The notes under the pieces: generated by a model | Databases searched by the model: none | Told to the model about the DNA's origin: nothing | What the model saw: only the letters and a program-made list of their open reading frames with translations | Assembly: GCA_963728565.1 (NCBI GenBank) | Contig: CAVSLC010000019.1 | Coordinates: 1-64,000 of the forward strand | DNA from: an uncultured delta proteobacterium | GTDB lineage: Bacteria; Desulfobacterota; Binatia; UBA9968 | DNA: 64,000 nt | Direction: 5' to 3' | Part shown: positions 31,877 to 41,418 of the stretch, one piece after another | Position numbering within the stretch: the stretch's first letter is position 1 | Layout of the letters: every line of letters starts with the position of its first letter | Made by a program: the position numbers and the translations under genes

Positions 31877-32239
31877 TTAGTATTCCTGTCGTTGGCGCTG
31901 CGTCTGGACCTCATTACGATTGCGTTCGATGACCCGCTGGTTCTGCTGGATCTGCTGCTGATTGTATTGGTACTGTGCTTCGTCCTGTCCTTGCATGTAA
32001 TCTCCAATGAGCGCGCCCGCGCCGAGCCCGACTCCGCCACCAATCGCGGCGCCCAATCCCGGACGGCCCGCAGCGGCACCGATAAGCCCGCCCGCGGCAG
32101 CTCCCCCAACTGCGCCGATGCCGGCGCCTTTTTCCCTCGGCGTCAGGGGGCCGCCGGCACAGCCGATAGCGGTGAGTGCGGCAAAGCCGAGAGCAATCGT
32201 CCATCGAGATGACCTTAGCTGATTTGAATTACCTTTCAT
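31877..32239 (-). CDS. Glycine-zipper lipoprotein
   Basis: Lipobox LTAIGC; GAGIGAVGGAAAGGLIG...GAAIGGGVGLGAGALIG; Q-rich tail. Confidence 0.8.
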   Translation of the reverse strand: MKGNSNQLRSSRWTIALGFAALTAIGCAGGPLTPREKGAGIGAVGGAAAGGLIGAAAGRPGLGAAIGGGVGLGAGALIGDYMQGQDEAQYQYNQQQIQQNQRVIERNRNEVQTQRQRQEY

Positions 32240-32290
32240 TCCGCCTCCAATCTTGTTTGTGGTTGACTGCATTGGGTTGTATGCAGCTAG

Positions 32291-32306
32291 AGCAACGCAT
32301 ATGCCA
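32291..32306 (-). promoter_or_regulatory. Sigma54 (-24/-12) promoter
   Basis: Minus strand TGGCAT-ATGCG-TTGCT about 50 bp upstream of the glycine-zipper gene. Confidence 0.65.
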
Positions 32307-32768
32307 GTAGCGCGGTACTTGTAAGTGGCGGATATTGCCGCCCTGGTTCGGCAGTGGGATGGAAGGGTCCATGAAATTTTTACCGAGTTGCACCGAAATT
32401 GTTGCGACAGCTCACGATTCGGATGAACCGATCAGCTCGCGTGCTCAATCAGAGGCAGGGAGGTAAGATCTGTGCTCAATCGTGGACAAGATTGCATGAG
32501 AGTGCTTGCATACGGAGCAGCCAATCCCCGGCTCGAATCTCCGGTACGTAGCACGTTTACTTGTCACGCTGGCGGCAGCATTGCCGAGGTCTTTTTTACG
32601 CGGAATAGGAAGCTGCGGCGATAACGGAAGGATGTTAATTATTGAAGATCCGTTAGTAGAGGCAAAAGTTCACAGATAAATCGAAGTTCTTTAGGCGCAA
32701 TGAATCCATCGCGTGCTCCGAAGCGCGGAGACGCGGCAATTAGCCTAGCCTCAGAGCTCAACAAAGAA

Positions 32769-33785
32769 TCAGCGCGCCTTCTTGCGTTGTTCGGCGATAA
32801 AACCGCCGCTCTCAAGCGTGCGCACGAAGCTGCTATCCATGATCTGCTCGACATCAACTTGTGCGATCTTGGGATTTACGCTAGCGACGATCCTCTGGAC
32901 CGATTTGTAGGCCGCCGGATTTGGCGCGATATCGAGGGTTGCCATCAATCGTAACACTTTGTAGGAGGCGTCGACTTCATCGGCTTTCTGCAGGCGAAGA
33001 TGCTTTTGCAAGGTTTTCATAACCTCAGGTTTGTTATTGGCGTCCAGAATGTAAGCGGTTGCTTCGACCAGTCCTTTGGTCAAGCGCAGGAAGAAATCCT
33101 GTCGGTTGGCGATGACGTCTTTGAGCGCGCAAATGCTCGGTCCTTGATACGGCGCTTTCAGTTCCGCGGCATCGGCCAGCGATCTAAAGCCCGCCTTGAG
33201 CGGCGCTTCGCTTAAACTGTAGGTCAGGGCCGCTGCATCGATATTGCCGTTCAGTAATGCTTGTGCGATCACCGGTCCATCGCCGATGACGCGCATCTTT
33301 AATCCGTGTTTGTCTGGATCGACGCCGAGGTGGTCCAGGATAATCATGGTCTGCAGCCAGAACCCGCCGCCGATGCTCTGTACCCCGATGATGCGACCGC
33401 GTAACTCCTCGATGCTCTTGATTTCCTTACGGGCGATGAGCTGGCGCGGAATTTTGTTGGTGGCGCTGGCAATGCAGCCCAACTTAACCCCGCCGGCCAC
33501 GGTGCTCAAGATCGTCGATTGCGCCGGCCATACGGCTTCAACTTCCCTCGACACCAACGCAGCAATGCTGAGCGCGCCGCTGCGCACCTGAATCATAGAA
33601 GCATCGATTCCGTATTTTTTGAACAAACCCTTATCGATACCGACCCACATCGGCGCCGCGGTTTCGTTATAGCCGCCATAGGACACGCGAAAATTTTCCT
33701 GACCGTAGGCGATTGTGGTCACATAGACCGTAAAGACGAATAGGAACGCGCCAAGCAGCGCATTAACTCTTCTGGTAAAAGCCAT
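32769..33785 (-). CDS. NMT1/SsuA-like solute-binding protein
   Basis: AGGAGG RBS, signal peptide, MWVGIDKGLFKKYGID, ELRGRIIGV. Confidence 0.85.
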   Translation of the reverse strand: MAFTRRVNALLGAFLFVFTVYVTTIAYGQENFRVSYGGYNETAAPMWVGIDKGLFKKYGIDASMIQVRSGALSIAALVSREVEAVWPAQSTILSTVAGGVKLGCIASATNKIPRQLIARKEIKSIEELRGRIIGVQSIGGGFWLQTMIILDHLGVDPDKHGLKMRVIGDGPVIAQALLNGNIDAAALTYSLSEAPLKAGFRSLADAAELKAPYQGPSICALKDVIANRQDFFLRLTKGLVEATAYILDANNKPEVMKTLQKHLRLQKADEVDASYKVLRLMATLDIAPNPAAYKSVQRIVASVNPKIAQVDVEQIMDSSFVRTLESGGFIAEQRKKAR

Positions 33786-34011
33786 GGCAGTCCTCCTGTT
33801 ATTCATCATGCGGCGGATCTGGCATTTCAACAGCTCAACATTCAACGATTTTATAATTAGCAAATGTAATCAGCTGTCCTCATATATGATTTTCGCTTGT
33901 AAGAAAACGTCGCAGGAGTTTTTATGCTTTAGAGTGAGATGGTCGTTGGCCGCGGCCAAAAGCATGAAGCCGGGGACTCATCATGTGGTGATGCAGTTCA
34001 ACGGAGCTTGT

Positions 34012-35916
34012 TTAGAAAAATGCCTGCAGGTTAAACAGAAGCTCCTGACTCCGGGCGCGCTGATTGAAATCAAATCGCAAAGCGAAATTTCTTGTCAAAG
34101 TATAGCGCTGCTGCGCCGCCAACCTCCACTCGTCGGATTTATCTCCTAATGGGAAATTCATATAGCTACCGGATATTGCGAATTTCCATCGATCGGTGAT
34201 GTCGGCCATGGCGCCAACGGTGAGGCCGCCGCCGACCCGATGATTGCCGTGAAAGACCCGCCCTACTTCGGTAGCAAATTCAGCCAAGCCGAAATAAACC
34301 TCGCGATTTAACCAGGATCTCTCCGTAGCTAGGCCGATTCCAACGTTTAGGTTGCCGATGCGGCAAAAGTGACAGTTGTGATGCTGTATCGTGTCGAGCG
34401 CTGCGTTGATCTTCCAGGAAGGACTAGCAAAGAGGGAGTCGACAGGGGAAAGAGACAAGATGTCGAGCAGGGTAAATTTTTCGATCCTGGTATGATCGCT
34501 TCGGCTATAGTGCCGCAAAGTCACTTCTAACGCCTGGATTTGTGCGCCGGGCGTATAGCCGTATTCCGGATCGAGCAGATCGTGAAAAGCCAGGCGAAAA
34601 TTCGCCTCGTTGAAGAACTCGCCCTCACGCCAGCCGACGCCCAGACCCGCTCTCATGGTCTTGTGCCCTTGATCCGGCGCCCCGCTAATCGGCGTGATCT
34701 CCACCGGAACCGGTTTGACGTTGAGCTTGCTGCGAGCAAGCAAAATGCCCCTGTTGCGCGCTTCGAAGGATGCGCTGTTCTCTCCCGTCGCCGCTTTGTA
34801 CAGGAGATAATCCGATACGACTTCCAGTATTGCTGCCCGGCGCTCGGGCGGCAGGCGGGTGAACGCATCGGACTGAGACAGCTTCGGATCAGCGACCATC
34901 TTCGAGAGCCAGCTCTTTTCTTCGGCTGAAAGAGCCTCACGGCCGCGGCGAATCCTGGTGCTCCGGGAGGCGCGAAAGGTCACGTCTTTAACTAAACCGG
35001 GTTTGTCGGCGATCATGCGGATACCGTCGGAAGGGAAGGTATAGAACCAGAACCGCTCGGCCAGCTGCAGATCCGGATCGGCAACGTCCAGCAGAGACAA
35101 AATCTGATAAGCGCAATTTTCTTTGAAATAAAAATAATCGAAGGCGGCGTTGCCCAACTCCCAGCCGTGCATTAGCAGTCGTTGCATCTGATCTTCTGTG
35201 AGATTGAGCCGGTATTCCCAAATATCTCGGTTTTCAAAATCACCGTATTCCTTGGCTTTGATGTAATACGGATGTGTCGAAAAGTATCCTTTGAATCCTC
35301 CAGTCAGCCCCAACACAGCAAAGAGAATACCGTTGTCCGTGGTAACATCGGCGGCATAATTGATTGTATACGCGAGAATGCTGGTTCGCTCCGTTTGACC
35401 CTTTTGGTCAACCCGCAAGAGCAAGTGGCCGAACATCGAAGAGGGATTGTTCATAAACGCCGACGGAAAGATGACGGTGATCGAGGCCGGATTGAGTTCG
35501 GCAAGCCATGATTGAAATCGCTCGCATGACTGCGGCGGCAAACGGCTTTCGTCGATGGCCAGAGCGCTCTTCAGCCAATGGTAACGCGCGATAAAAGCGC
35601 AACGCGCCGGCTGGCTCGAACGACCGACCGGATCGGTCGAAAAAAAGTGAGAGAGGGTAGCCTGCAGCTCGGCTTCCGGATCGGTTTTCCCGTGCCGCGA
35701 AAGAAAGAATGCGGGTTCGTCGGCCTCGCTTTCAACGCCGCCGGCAAGGGCCGCTCGATAATGCAAAAGCAGATGCCAATAGCGTTGCTCGTGCAGCGCC
35801 ATCGCCTTTGCGCGATCAAGCAGCAGTTGAAGGTAGGGTTTAGCGCTGTCTTGGCCGCCTGCTGTGTTTGGGAGAAGACACAGGACGAGAAGCGCGATGC
35901 TGCGGATCACCGACAA
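34012..35916 (-). CDS. DUF4105 (Lnb-like) domain protein with probable C-terminal beta-barrel
   Basis: WHLLLHY, SMFGHLLLR, ENRDIWEY, YFKENCAY; alternating beta strands ending in ...LFNLQAFF. Confidence 0.8.
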   Translation of the reverse strand: MSVIRSIALLVLCLLPNTAGGQDSAKPYLQLLLDRAKAMALHEQRYWHLLLHYRAALAGGVESEADEPAFFLSRHGKTDPEAELQATLSHFFSTDPVGRSSQPARCAFIARYHWLKSALAIDESRLPPQSCERFQSWLAELNPASITVIFPSAFMNNPSSMFGHLLLRVDQKGQTERTSILAYTINYAADVTTDNGILFAVLGLTGGFKGYFSTHPYYIKAKEYGDFENRDIWEYRLNLTEDQMQRLLMHGWELGNAAFDYFYFKENCAYQILSLLDVADPDLQLAERFWFYTFPSDGIRMIADKPGLVKDVTFRASRSTRIRRGREALSAEEKSWLSKMVADPKLSQSDAFTRLPPERRAAILEVVSDYLLYKAATGENSASFEARNRGILLARSKLNVKPVPVEITPISGAPDQGHKTMRAGLGVGWREGEFFNEANFRLAFHDLLDPEYGYTPGAQIQALEVTLRHYSRSDHTRIEKFTLLDILSLSPVDSLFASPSWKINAALDTIQHHNCHFCRIGNLNVGIGLATERSWLNREVYFGLAEFATEVGRVFHGNHRVGGGLTVGAMADITDRWKFAISGSYMNFPLGDKSDEWRLAAQQRYTLTRNFALRFDFNQRARSQELLFNLQAFF

Positions 35917-35924
35917 GGGAAAGT

Positions 35925-35948
35925 GAGCCCCGGCAATCGCCGAGGCTC
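35925..35948 (-). terminator. Intra-operon hairpin
   Basis: Minus strand GAGCCTCGGC-GATT-GCCGGGGCTC followed by ACTTTCC. Confidence 0.45.
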
Positions 35949-35957
35949 GTAGATGGG

Positions 35958-36467
35958 TTATCTCACACTGCTGGCGAGAAGCGGGTGCGAGGACATCGCA
36001 CTGGTTAAAGCCTTGAGCAGCGCCGCCGGAGTAGATTCCCCCGACTGAAGCATACTCTGGTACTGCAGTTGCGCGAGAGCATAGAACTCGGGGCGATTTT
36101 CCTGCGGGATGTTCATCAGTTCAGCCAGCGAGCTCAGGTGTTCACCGTCGCCCTTGGCCATATCTTGAGAGAGGTTCTCAAAATTTAGCGCGGCAAAAAC
36201 GCTGGTTTTATGTTCCGACATAATCACGCCGTTATTGGTGCAGCCCGAAGTGCCGAAGCTAATGCCGAAGGTCTGGCTGCCGAACGTGCCGTTAGTCGTC
36301 GACTGCATCACTTGAGGCGCGATGTCCTTCTGGTTCCCATATTCCCCCCAAGCGAGCTTTCCGAGGCCGCAACCCGGTCCCGTATCTGGGTTTGGTGCTG
36401 CCCAAACCTGCGCCGCATATAAAGGCAGCAGAGCGACGCTCAACCTGAGCCATTGTTTTTTGATCAT
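35958..36467 (-). CDS. DUF3015 family secreted protein
   Basis: GPGCGLG, TTNGTFGSQTFGISFGTSGC, LSQDMAKGDGEHLSSLA. Confidence 0.85.
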   Translation of the reverse strand: MIKKQWLRLSVALLPLYAAQVWAAPNPDTGPGCGLGKLAWGEYGNQKDIAPQVMQSTTNGTFGSQTFGISFGTSGCTNNGVIMSEHKTSVFAALNFENLSQDMAKGDGEHLSSLAELMNIPQENRPEFYALAQLQYQSMLQSGESTPAALLKALTSAMSSHPLLASSVR

Positions 36468-36626
36468 ACATTCCTCCTCTTTATGGTGTTTTCTATGACT
36501 TTGAATGTAACTTGAAGAACATATTCGAGCAAGGACATTTTTCAACTAATCTGAAAATACTCGTTTGCTTCGTGGACGATCACGGACATGCATCGGTGGC
36601 ATGGCCGTCTCGCTGTCAAATTAAAT

Positions 36627-37685
36627 CTAGCGCGGCGGCAGAGGACCCGGTCCAGCAAATTTTTTGAGCGTCTCGATGGTCTCGGCGTCACGAGGCATGT
36701 CGGCGACGACCTTCTTTAGTTCCGCCGCTTCCATCGGAGATGCATCATCGGTAACCAATTTTTTGAAATATGGAGCAAACTCGGGGTCTTTGAAAGTCTT
36801 GCGCATTGCTTCTTCGAGAGTTGCCACTCTCTCTTTGGGGGTGCCAGGAGGTAATATGTAAGGCGATCCGACAGATCGAAAAGCGCGCCAGAGTGTAAGA
36901 AGCTTGGTCTCCCGTTCGTTTTTGGCAAAGCTGCCGATCTCCGGAAGGTGACCCAACCGCGGATGCTTGTCACCTTTCGGAACCTCCATGATCGAATGAA
37001 AATTCATCAGCCCTTTATCCACCCAATCGGAATTTCGTCGGATGACCGAGCTTGCATTATTGGCCCTGCTGTCGAGCTCGCCTTGCGTCAAGGCGACGTC
37101 CAGTTCATGGGCAGTATAACCGGCAATAAACTTTGGCTCTTTCAAGTTTAGAAAATACGCGAATAGTCTCCCCGCTACATAAGATACATGGCCAACGGTT
37201 TGCGCCCCGATCCTGAGGCCAGGCTTGGATGCCAGTTTCTCCAGATTGTCGAGCCCAAGTTCTTTTCGGGTGTAAATGATGTAATGGTTTTCGCTTTCGG
37301 GTGAGCCCAGATAAATAAACTTGTCGATGTCATAAGAAACGCCGGTTTCGCCCATGACAGCCAGGCCGATGATCGCTCCGCTCGCGGCGCCTATTGTCAG
37401 GCCATCGGGACGAGCGTTGCTGTATAAATAATTCGTTCCCTTGCGGCCGCCGCCGCCGTCGATGTACTGGATTACAACCGTTGGATTTCCCGGAATATGT
37501 TTCTTGAGGAACGGCACCATGGCTTTCACCCGGAGATCCCCGGTGCCGCCTGCAGACGTGGTCGCGATCAGGGTGACAGTCTTGCCTTCATAGAAATGGC
37601 TCTGGGCCAGCGCATAACCAGATAGCATGCAACAGAGTAGCCCAAAGATAGAAAGGTTCCGCAACAGCTGTTTGCCCAAGATCAT
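36627..37685 (-). CDS. Tripartite tricarboxylate transporter substrate-binding protein (TctC/Bug-like)
   Basis: FYEGKTVTL, AGGTGD, HIPGNP, ARPDGLTIG, PPGTPKERV. Confidence 0.85.
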   Translation of the reverse strand: MILGKQLLRNLSIFGLLCCMLSGYALAQSHFYEGKTVTLIATTSAGGTGDLRVKAMVPFLKKHIPGNPTVVIQYIDGGGGRKGTNYLYSNARPDGLTIGAASGAIIGLAVMGETGVSYDIDKFIYLGSPESENHYIIYTRKELGLDNLEKLASKPGLRIGAQTVGHVSYVAGRLFAYFLNLKEPKFIAGYTAHELDVALTQGELDSRANNASSVIRRNSDWVDKGLMNFHSIMEVPKGDKHPRLGHLPEIGSFAKNERETKLLTLWRAFRSVGSPYILPPGTPKERVATLEEAMRKTFKDPEFAPYFKKLVTDDASPMEAAELKKVVADMPRDAETIETLKKFAGPGPLPPR

Positions 37686-37906
37686 GAAAGCTCCTCCAGA
37701 TAAAAAGAGTCTCTGTCCCGTCTCTTATCTAAAATCTTGGCGTTTTTTACAAGCAGATTCTCGTCGGCCTAACCGACAAGCGCCAGCTCTACAGCTCGTG
37801 CTCTGAATTGACCAGCACGACAGCGCCGTGTTAGAAGCCGCTTATGTCGCTACTCCTAGTTGAGAAGCCGCTGCGAGCCTGCGCCAGGGGCAAGCCATGC
37901 GAAAGA

Positions 37907-38911
37907 ATGGCACCGACATATTTGCGCTACGGTCTACTATGCCTGTTGGCTTTGATGGTGACAGTTCTATTTGCTCACAGCGGGTTAACTCAAGAAACGA
38001 AACGGATCCGGTTTGCGTTGACGACTCCGCCGCATTTTCTGCCCATCTGGGTTGCTAAAGATCTTGGGCTGTTCTCAAAACATGGGCTCGACGTAGAAGT
38101 GATCTTCATGCGTGGCGGCGCATTGATTACGATGGGCGTGATCAGCGGCGAGCTGCAGCTCTCGGGCATCGGCGCGGAATCGGTCGTGGCGGCAAGAGCC
38201 GAGGGCGGAGATGTTACGCTTCTGGCGTGTCCACTGGACTTGGATCTTGTTTACTTGATCAGCAGGCCGGAAATCAAGACGGCTGCACAGCTAAAGGGCA
38301 AAGCAACCGCCGTTACACGGCTTGGATCGACGACTCACTTTTATCTGCGTTCAGCTTTTAAGCATCTGGGCATGGATGCGGACAAAGACATGACGATCCT
38401 GCAATTGGGCGCCGGGCCGGAGATCGCAATGGCTTTGCAGCAGGGACAAATCGCCGCCGCCGTCCTCAGTTACCGCAATGCGCTGTCCTTTCTGGAGCGG
38501 GGCTGGCCGATACTGGTGAATTTAACTCAAACCGGTTTCAAGTACCCGCCATCATGTGTCGCCGGGGGCGGCGCTTTTATTCGAAAGAATCCAGGCACCG
38601 TGGACGCATTTCTCAAAGCTTATATCGAAGCGATCCACATGATCAAAAGAGACCTGAATCTGACGAAACGCGTTTACGCGAAGTATTATCGGGAGTCCGA
38701 TGCGGCGGTTACCGACAAGGTGGCTCGTGCTTATGCGGAACTTTTCAAGCCCATTCCGAATGTGCCAGAAGAAGGCATCGAGGTCGTGGTCCGGGATTTC
38801 GCATCCCGACGGCCGCTGCAAAAGGATCTGCTAAAGACCAGCCTCTACAAAGACGATGGGCCGTTGGAGAGGATCATCAAACAAGGCTGGGTCAATCAAC
38901 TGCAGAGATAA
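37907..38911 (+). CDS. NMT1/SsuA-like solute-binding protein
   Basis: Signal peptide; IWVAKDLGLFSKHGLDVE; QLKGKATAVTRLGS. Confidence 0.85.
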   Translation: MAPTYLRYGLLCLLALMVTVLFAHSGLTQETKRIRFALTTPPHFLPIWVAKDLGLFSKHGLDVEVIFMRGGALITMGVISGELQLSGIGAESVVAARAEGGDVTLLACPLDLDLVYLISRPEIKTAAQLKGKATAVTRLGSTTHFYLRSAFKHLGMDADKDMTILQLGAGPEIAMALQQGQIAAAVLSYRNALSFLERGWPILVNLTQTGFKYPPSCVAGGGAFIRKNPGTVDAFLKAYIEAIHMIKRDLNLTKRVYAKYYRESDAAVTDKVARAYAELFKPIPNVPEEGIEVVVRDFASRRPLQKDLLKTSLYKDDGPLERIIKQGWVNQLQR

Positions 38912-38962
38912 ACCATCGCGATCCCGCCTAGATATCGACCGAGCCAAGGCTAAGAGGAGAGC

Positions 38963-39634
38963 ATGATGCAGATCGAACTGAACTATCCCGACCCTGTGCC
39001 CCTTGAGTTGGACGCAAGCAAGACATTGCTCCTGATTGTCGATATGGAGAATGAAGACGCGCATCCTTCGGGTAAGCGTTTCGGGGGCGAAGCCGTCACC
39101 AGCATTATTCCGAAAATTGCGAGCTTGCGACGGAAAGTGCGTAACGCCGGGGGATTGGTGGTCCATACTCAATCGGTGCGCAAACCCGACGCGCTGGAAT
39201 TTACCTTGTTCCATAACGTGGTCCGTAAAATCGAAGGTACCTGGGGCGCGGAGTTCGTGGAAGAGTTAAAGCCCGAACGTGACGAGCCGGTCGTGGTTAA
39301 GTACACGCACGATTGTTTTTATCGCACCGAGATGGAATCCGTCCTGGAGCGACTAGAGATGCGCCCCGGTGACGCTCGCATCATTGTCACTGGAATAGCG
39401 TCCCGCGGTTGCGTGCAGTGCGCCGTGACAGGATTTAGCATCCGTGATTATTACGTTTATGTTCCGCTGGACTGCACCGCCCAGCGAGAGGAGAAGGAGA
39501 AGCTGCAAGCGTTTTCTCTTTTCGCTAGTTTCGGATACCGCTACAACGTGACGGTTACACAGTCCGACTTGATCCGGTTTATAGACAGCAGGCAAGCATC
39601 GTACGATTCGCAATCGCCAATCCAAACCCGTTAA
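38963..39634 (+). CDS. Isochorismatase-family cysteine hydrolase (amidase)
   Basis: Asp-Lys-Cys triad context LIVDMEN, VKYTHDCF, GIASRGCV; GTWGAEFV. Confidence 0.85.
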   Translation: MMQIELNYPDPVPLELDASKTLLLIVDMENEDAHPSGKRFGGEAVTSIIPKIASLRRKVRNAGGLVVHTQSVRKPDALEFTLFHNVVRKIEGTWGAEFVEELKPERDEPVVVKYTHDCFYRTEMESVLERLEMRPGDARIIVTGIASRGCVQCAVTGFSIRDYYVYVPLDCTAQREEKEKLQAFSLFASFGYRYNVTVTQSDLIRFIDSRQASYDSQSPIQTR

Positions 39635-39649
39635 TCGAATGTGACGAAT

Positions 39650-40934
39650 ATGGGAATGACTATTACTGAAAAGATTTGCGCGCGAGCCGCCGGTAGAGCA
39701 CCAAGTTCGTCCCGGAGACATGATCGACGCGGAGGTGGATAAACTTTACATCAAAGACTTGCGGTTTTCGAAAGCGGAAGATCCCAAGGGCCTTTACGGT
39801 GTATTCAAAGAAATCCTCAAGGAGATGGGTATCAGCAAGGCCTGGGATCCGGACAAGATCATCATCAATTTCGATGAGCAACCGGCGCGCAGCACGAGAC
39901 GCGCCGAAGGTCAGGAGCGGGCCAAGCAATTTTCCGAGGAGCATGGCGCGGTCATTTACGAAGGTTATCAAGGCGGCATCGGTCATAATGTCATGGTCGA
40001 AAAGGGACATGTCAGACCCGGCGAGTTCATCGTCGGCGCCGACTCGCATTCCTGCACCTACGGCGCGTTGGCCTGCTTTGCCACGGGCATAGGTTTTACG
40101 GAAACCGTCGGAGTGCTGGCAACCGGAAGGATCTGGCTAAAAGTTCCACCGGCTATTTATGTCGAGCTCACGGGCGCGCGACCGCAGTGGATTTGGGGAA
40201 AAGACATTGCGCTGCGGCTAATGGCAGAGATGGGAGCCAACGGCGCAGTCAATAAAACTATCGAATACGGCGGCAGCGCGGTTGCTGAGATCAGCGTCGA
40301 AAGCCGTCTCTCGATGTGCAATATGGCAGTCGAAAGCCTGGCGCTGAATGCCGTCTTCCCGCCCGATGCAGCGGCGATCGATTACGTGAAGCAAGTCAGC
40401 AATGCAACCTTTGCTGCGGTTGAAAGTGATGCCGATGCCGAATATGAATCGCGCCTGCGCTTCGATTTAACCGATATGGAACCTTTTGTTGCTGCTCCCG
40501 GCGTGCCCTCCAACGGCCAGCCGGTTCACGAATTCGTCGGAACCAAGATCAATCAGGCCTTCATCGGAACCTGCTCCAACTCGCGAATCGAAGATTTGCG
40601 CGTCGCAGCCAAGATTCTCAAAGGCAAGACGGTGCATCCCGGAGTGCGCATGATCGTCACGCCCGCTTCGTATGCCGCGTATTTTCAAGCACGCGAAGAG
40701 GGACTTCTGCAAATTTTCGAAAAATCAAAAGTACTGCTCACCGCTTCAGAATGCGGCATCTGCACCCGTCCTTCGCTGGCCACCGGTGAAGTCTGCATCT
40801 CGTCCGGTAATCGAAACTTTCCCGGCCGCATGGGTCACCGCGATGCCCGGATATTCTTGGGGAGCCCGGCGACGGTGGCCGCCAGCGCTATCGCAGGTGA
40901 GATCGTCGATCCCAGGGAGTTTCTGCCGTCATGA
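39650..40934 (+). CDS. LeuC/HacA-like aconitase-family hydratase large subunit; +1 indel near 39710
   Basis: MGMTITEKI from ATG 39650; GADSHSCTYG, GTCSNSR, CGIC, NRNFPGRMG, SPATVAASA. Confidence 0.88.
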
Positions 40935-41386
40935 AGCGAGTTTTTACCGGCAGAGTATGGAAATTCGGCGACTGTATCGACTCCGGCAACATCAAAGGTG
41001 TAATGGCCGGCCTTGATCCCGAGTTCCATCTGAAGGTAAAGCCCGGCGATCTGATAGTTGCCGGAATCAATTTCGGCATGGGCTCGAGCGCAGAGGATGC
41101 GCCCCGGTCGCTGCGCGATGCCGGCATCGCCGCCGTGCTCGCCGAATCCATTTCGAACATCTATCTCCGCACTCTGATCAACCTCGGCTTGCCGGCGATC
41201 GAATGTGCAGGTATAGCGACCCTTGTAGAACAAGGAGAGGACATCGAAGTCGACCTGGAATCCGGCAGCATTCGCAATGTCAGCAACGGAACTGCACGCA
41301 GGTTTCCACCTTTCTCGGATCATGCGCTCGCTATCCTGGACAAAGGCGGTTTGATTCCTTACTTGAAATCCTCACTATCTAGGTAA
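40931..41386 (+). CDS. LeuD/HacB-like small subunit
   Basis: GRVWKFGD, NFGMGSSAEDA, NLGLP, GGLI; ATGA overlap with the large subunit. Confidence 0.88.
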   Translation: MKRVFTGRVWKFGDCIDSGNIKGVMAGLDPEFHLKVKPGDLIVAGINFGMGSSAEDAPRSLRDAGIAAVLAESISNIYLRTLINLGLPAIECAGIATLVEQGEDIEVDLESGSIRNVSNGTARRFPPFSDHALAILDKGGLIPYLKSSLSR

Positions 41387-41418
41387 GAGAAGCGGCACTA
41401 AATTTTTGAGGAGGAGCA

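Noticed and set aside
39650-41386. Assigning gene symbols leuC/leuD
   Set aside because: Altered substrate motifs and catabolic context; no leuA/leuB adjacent
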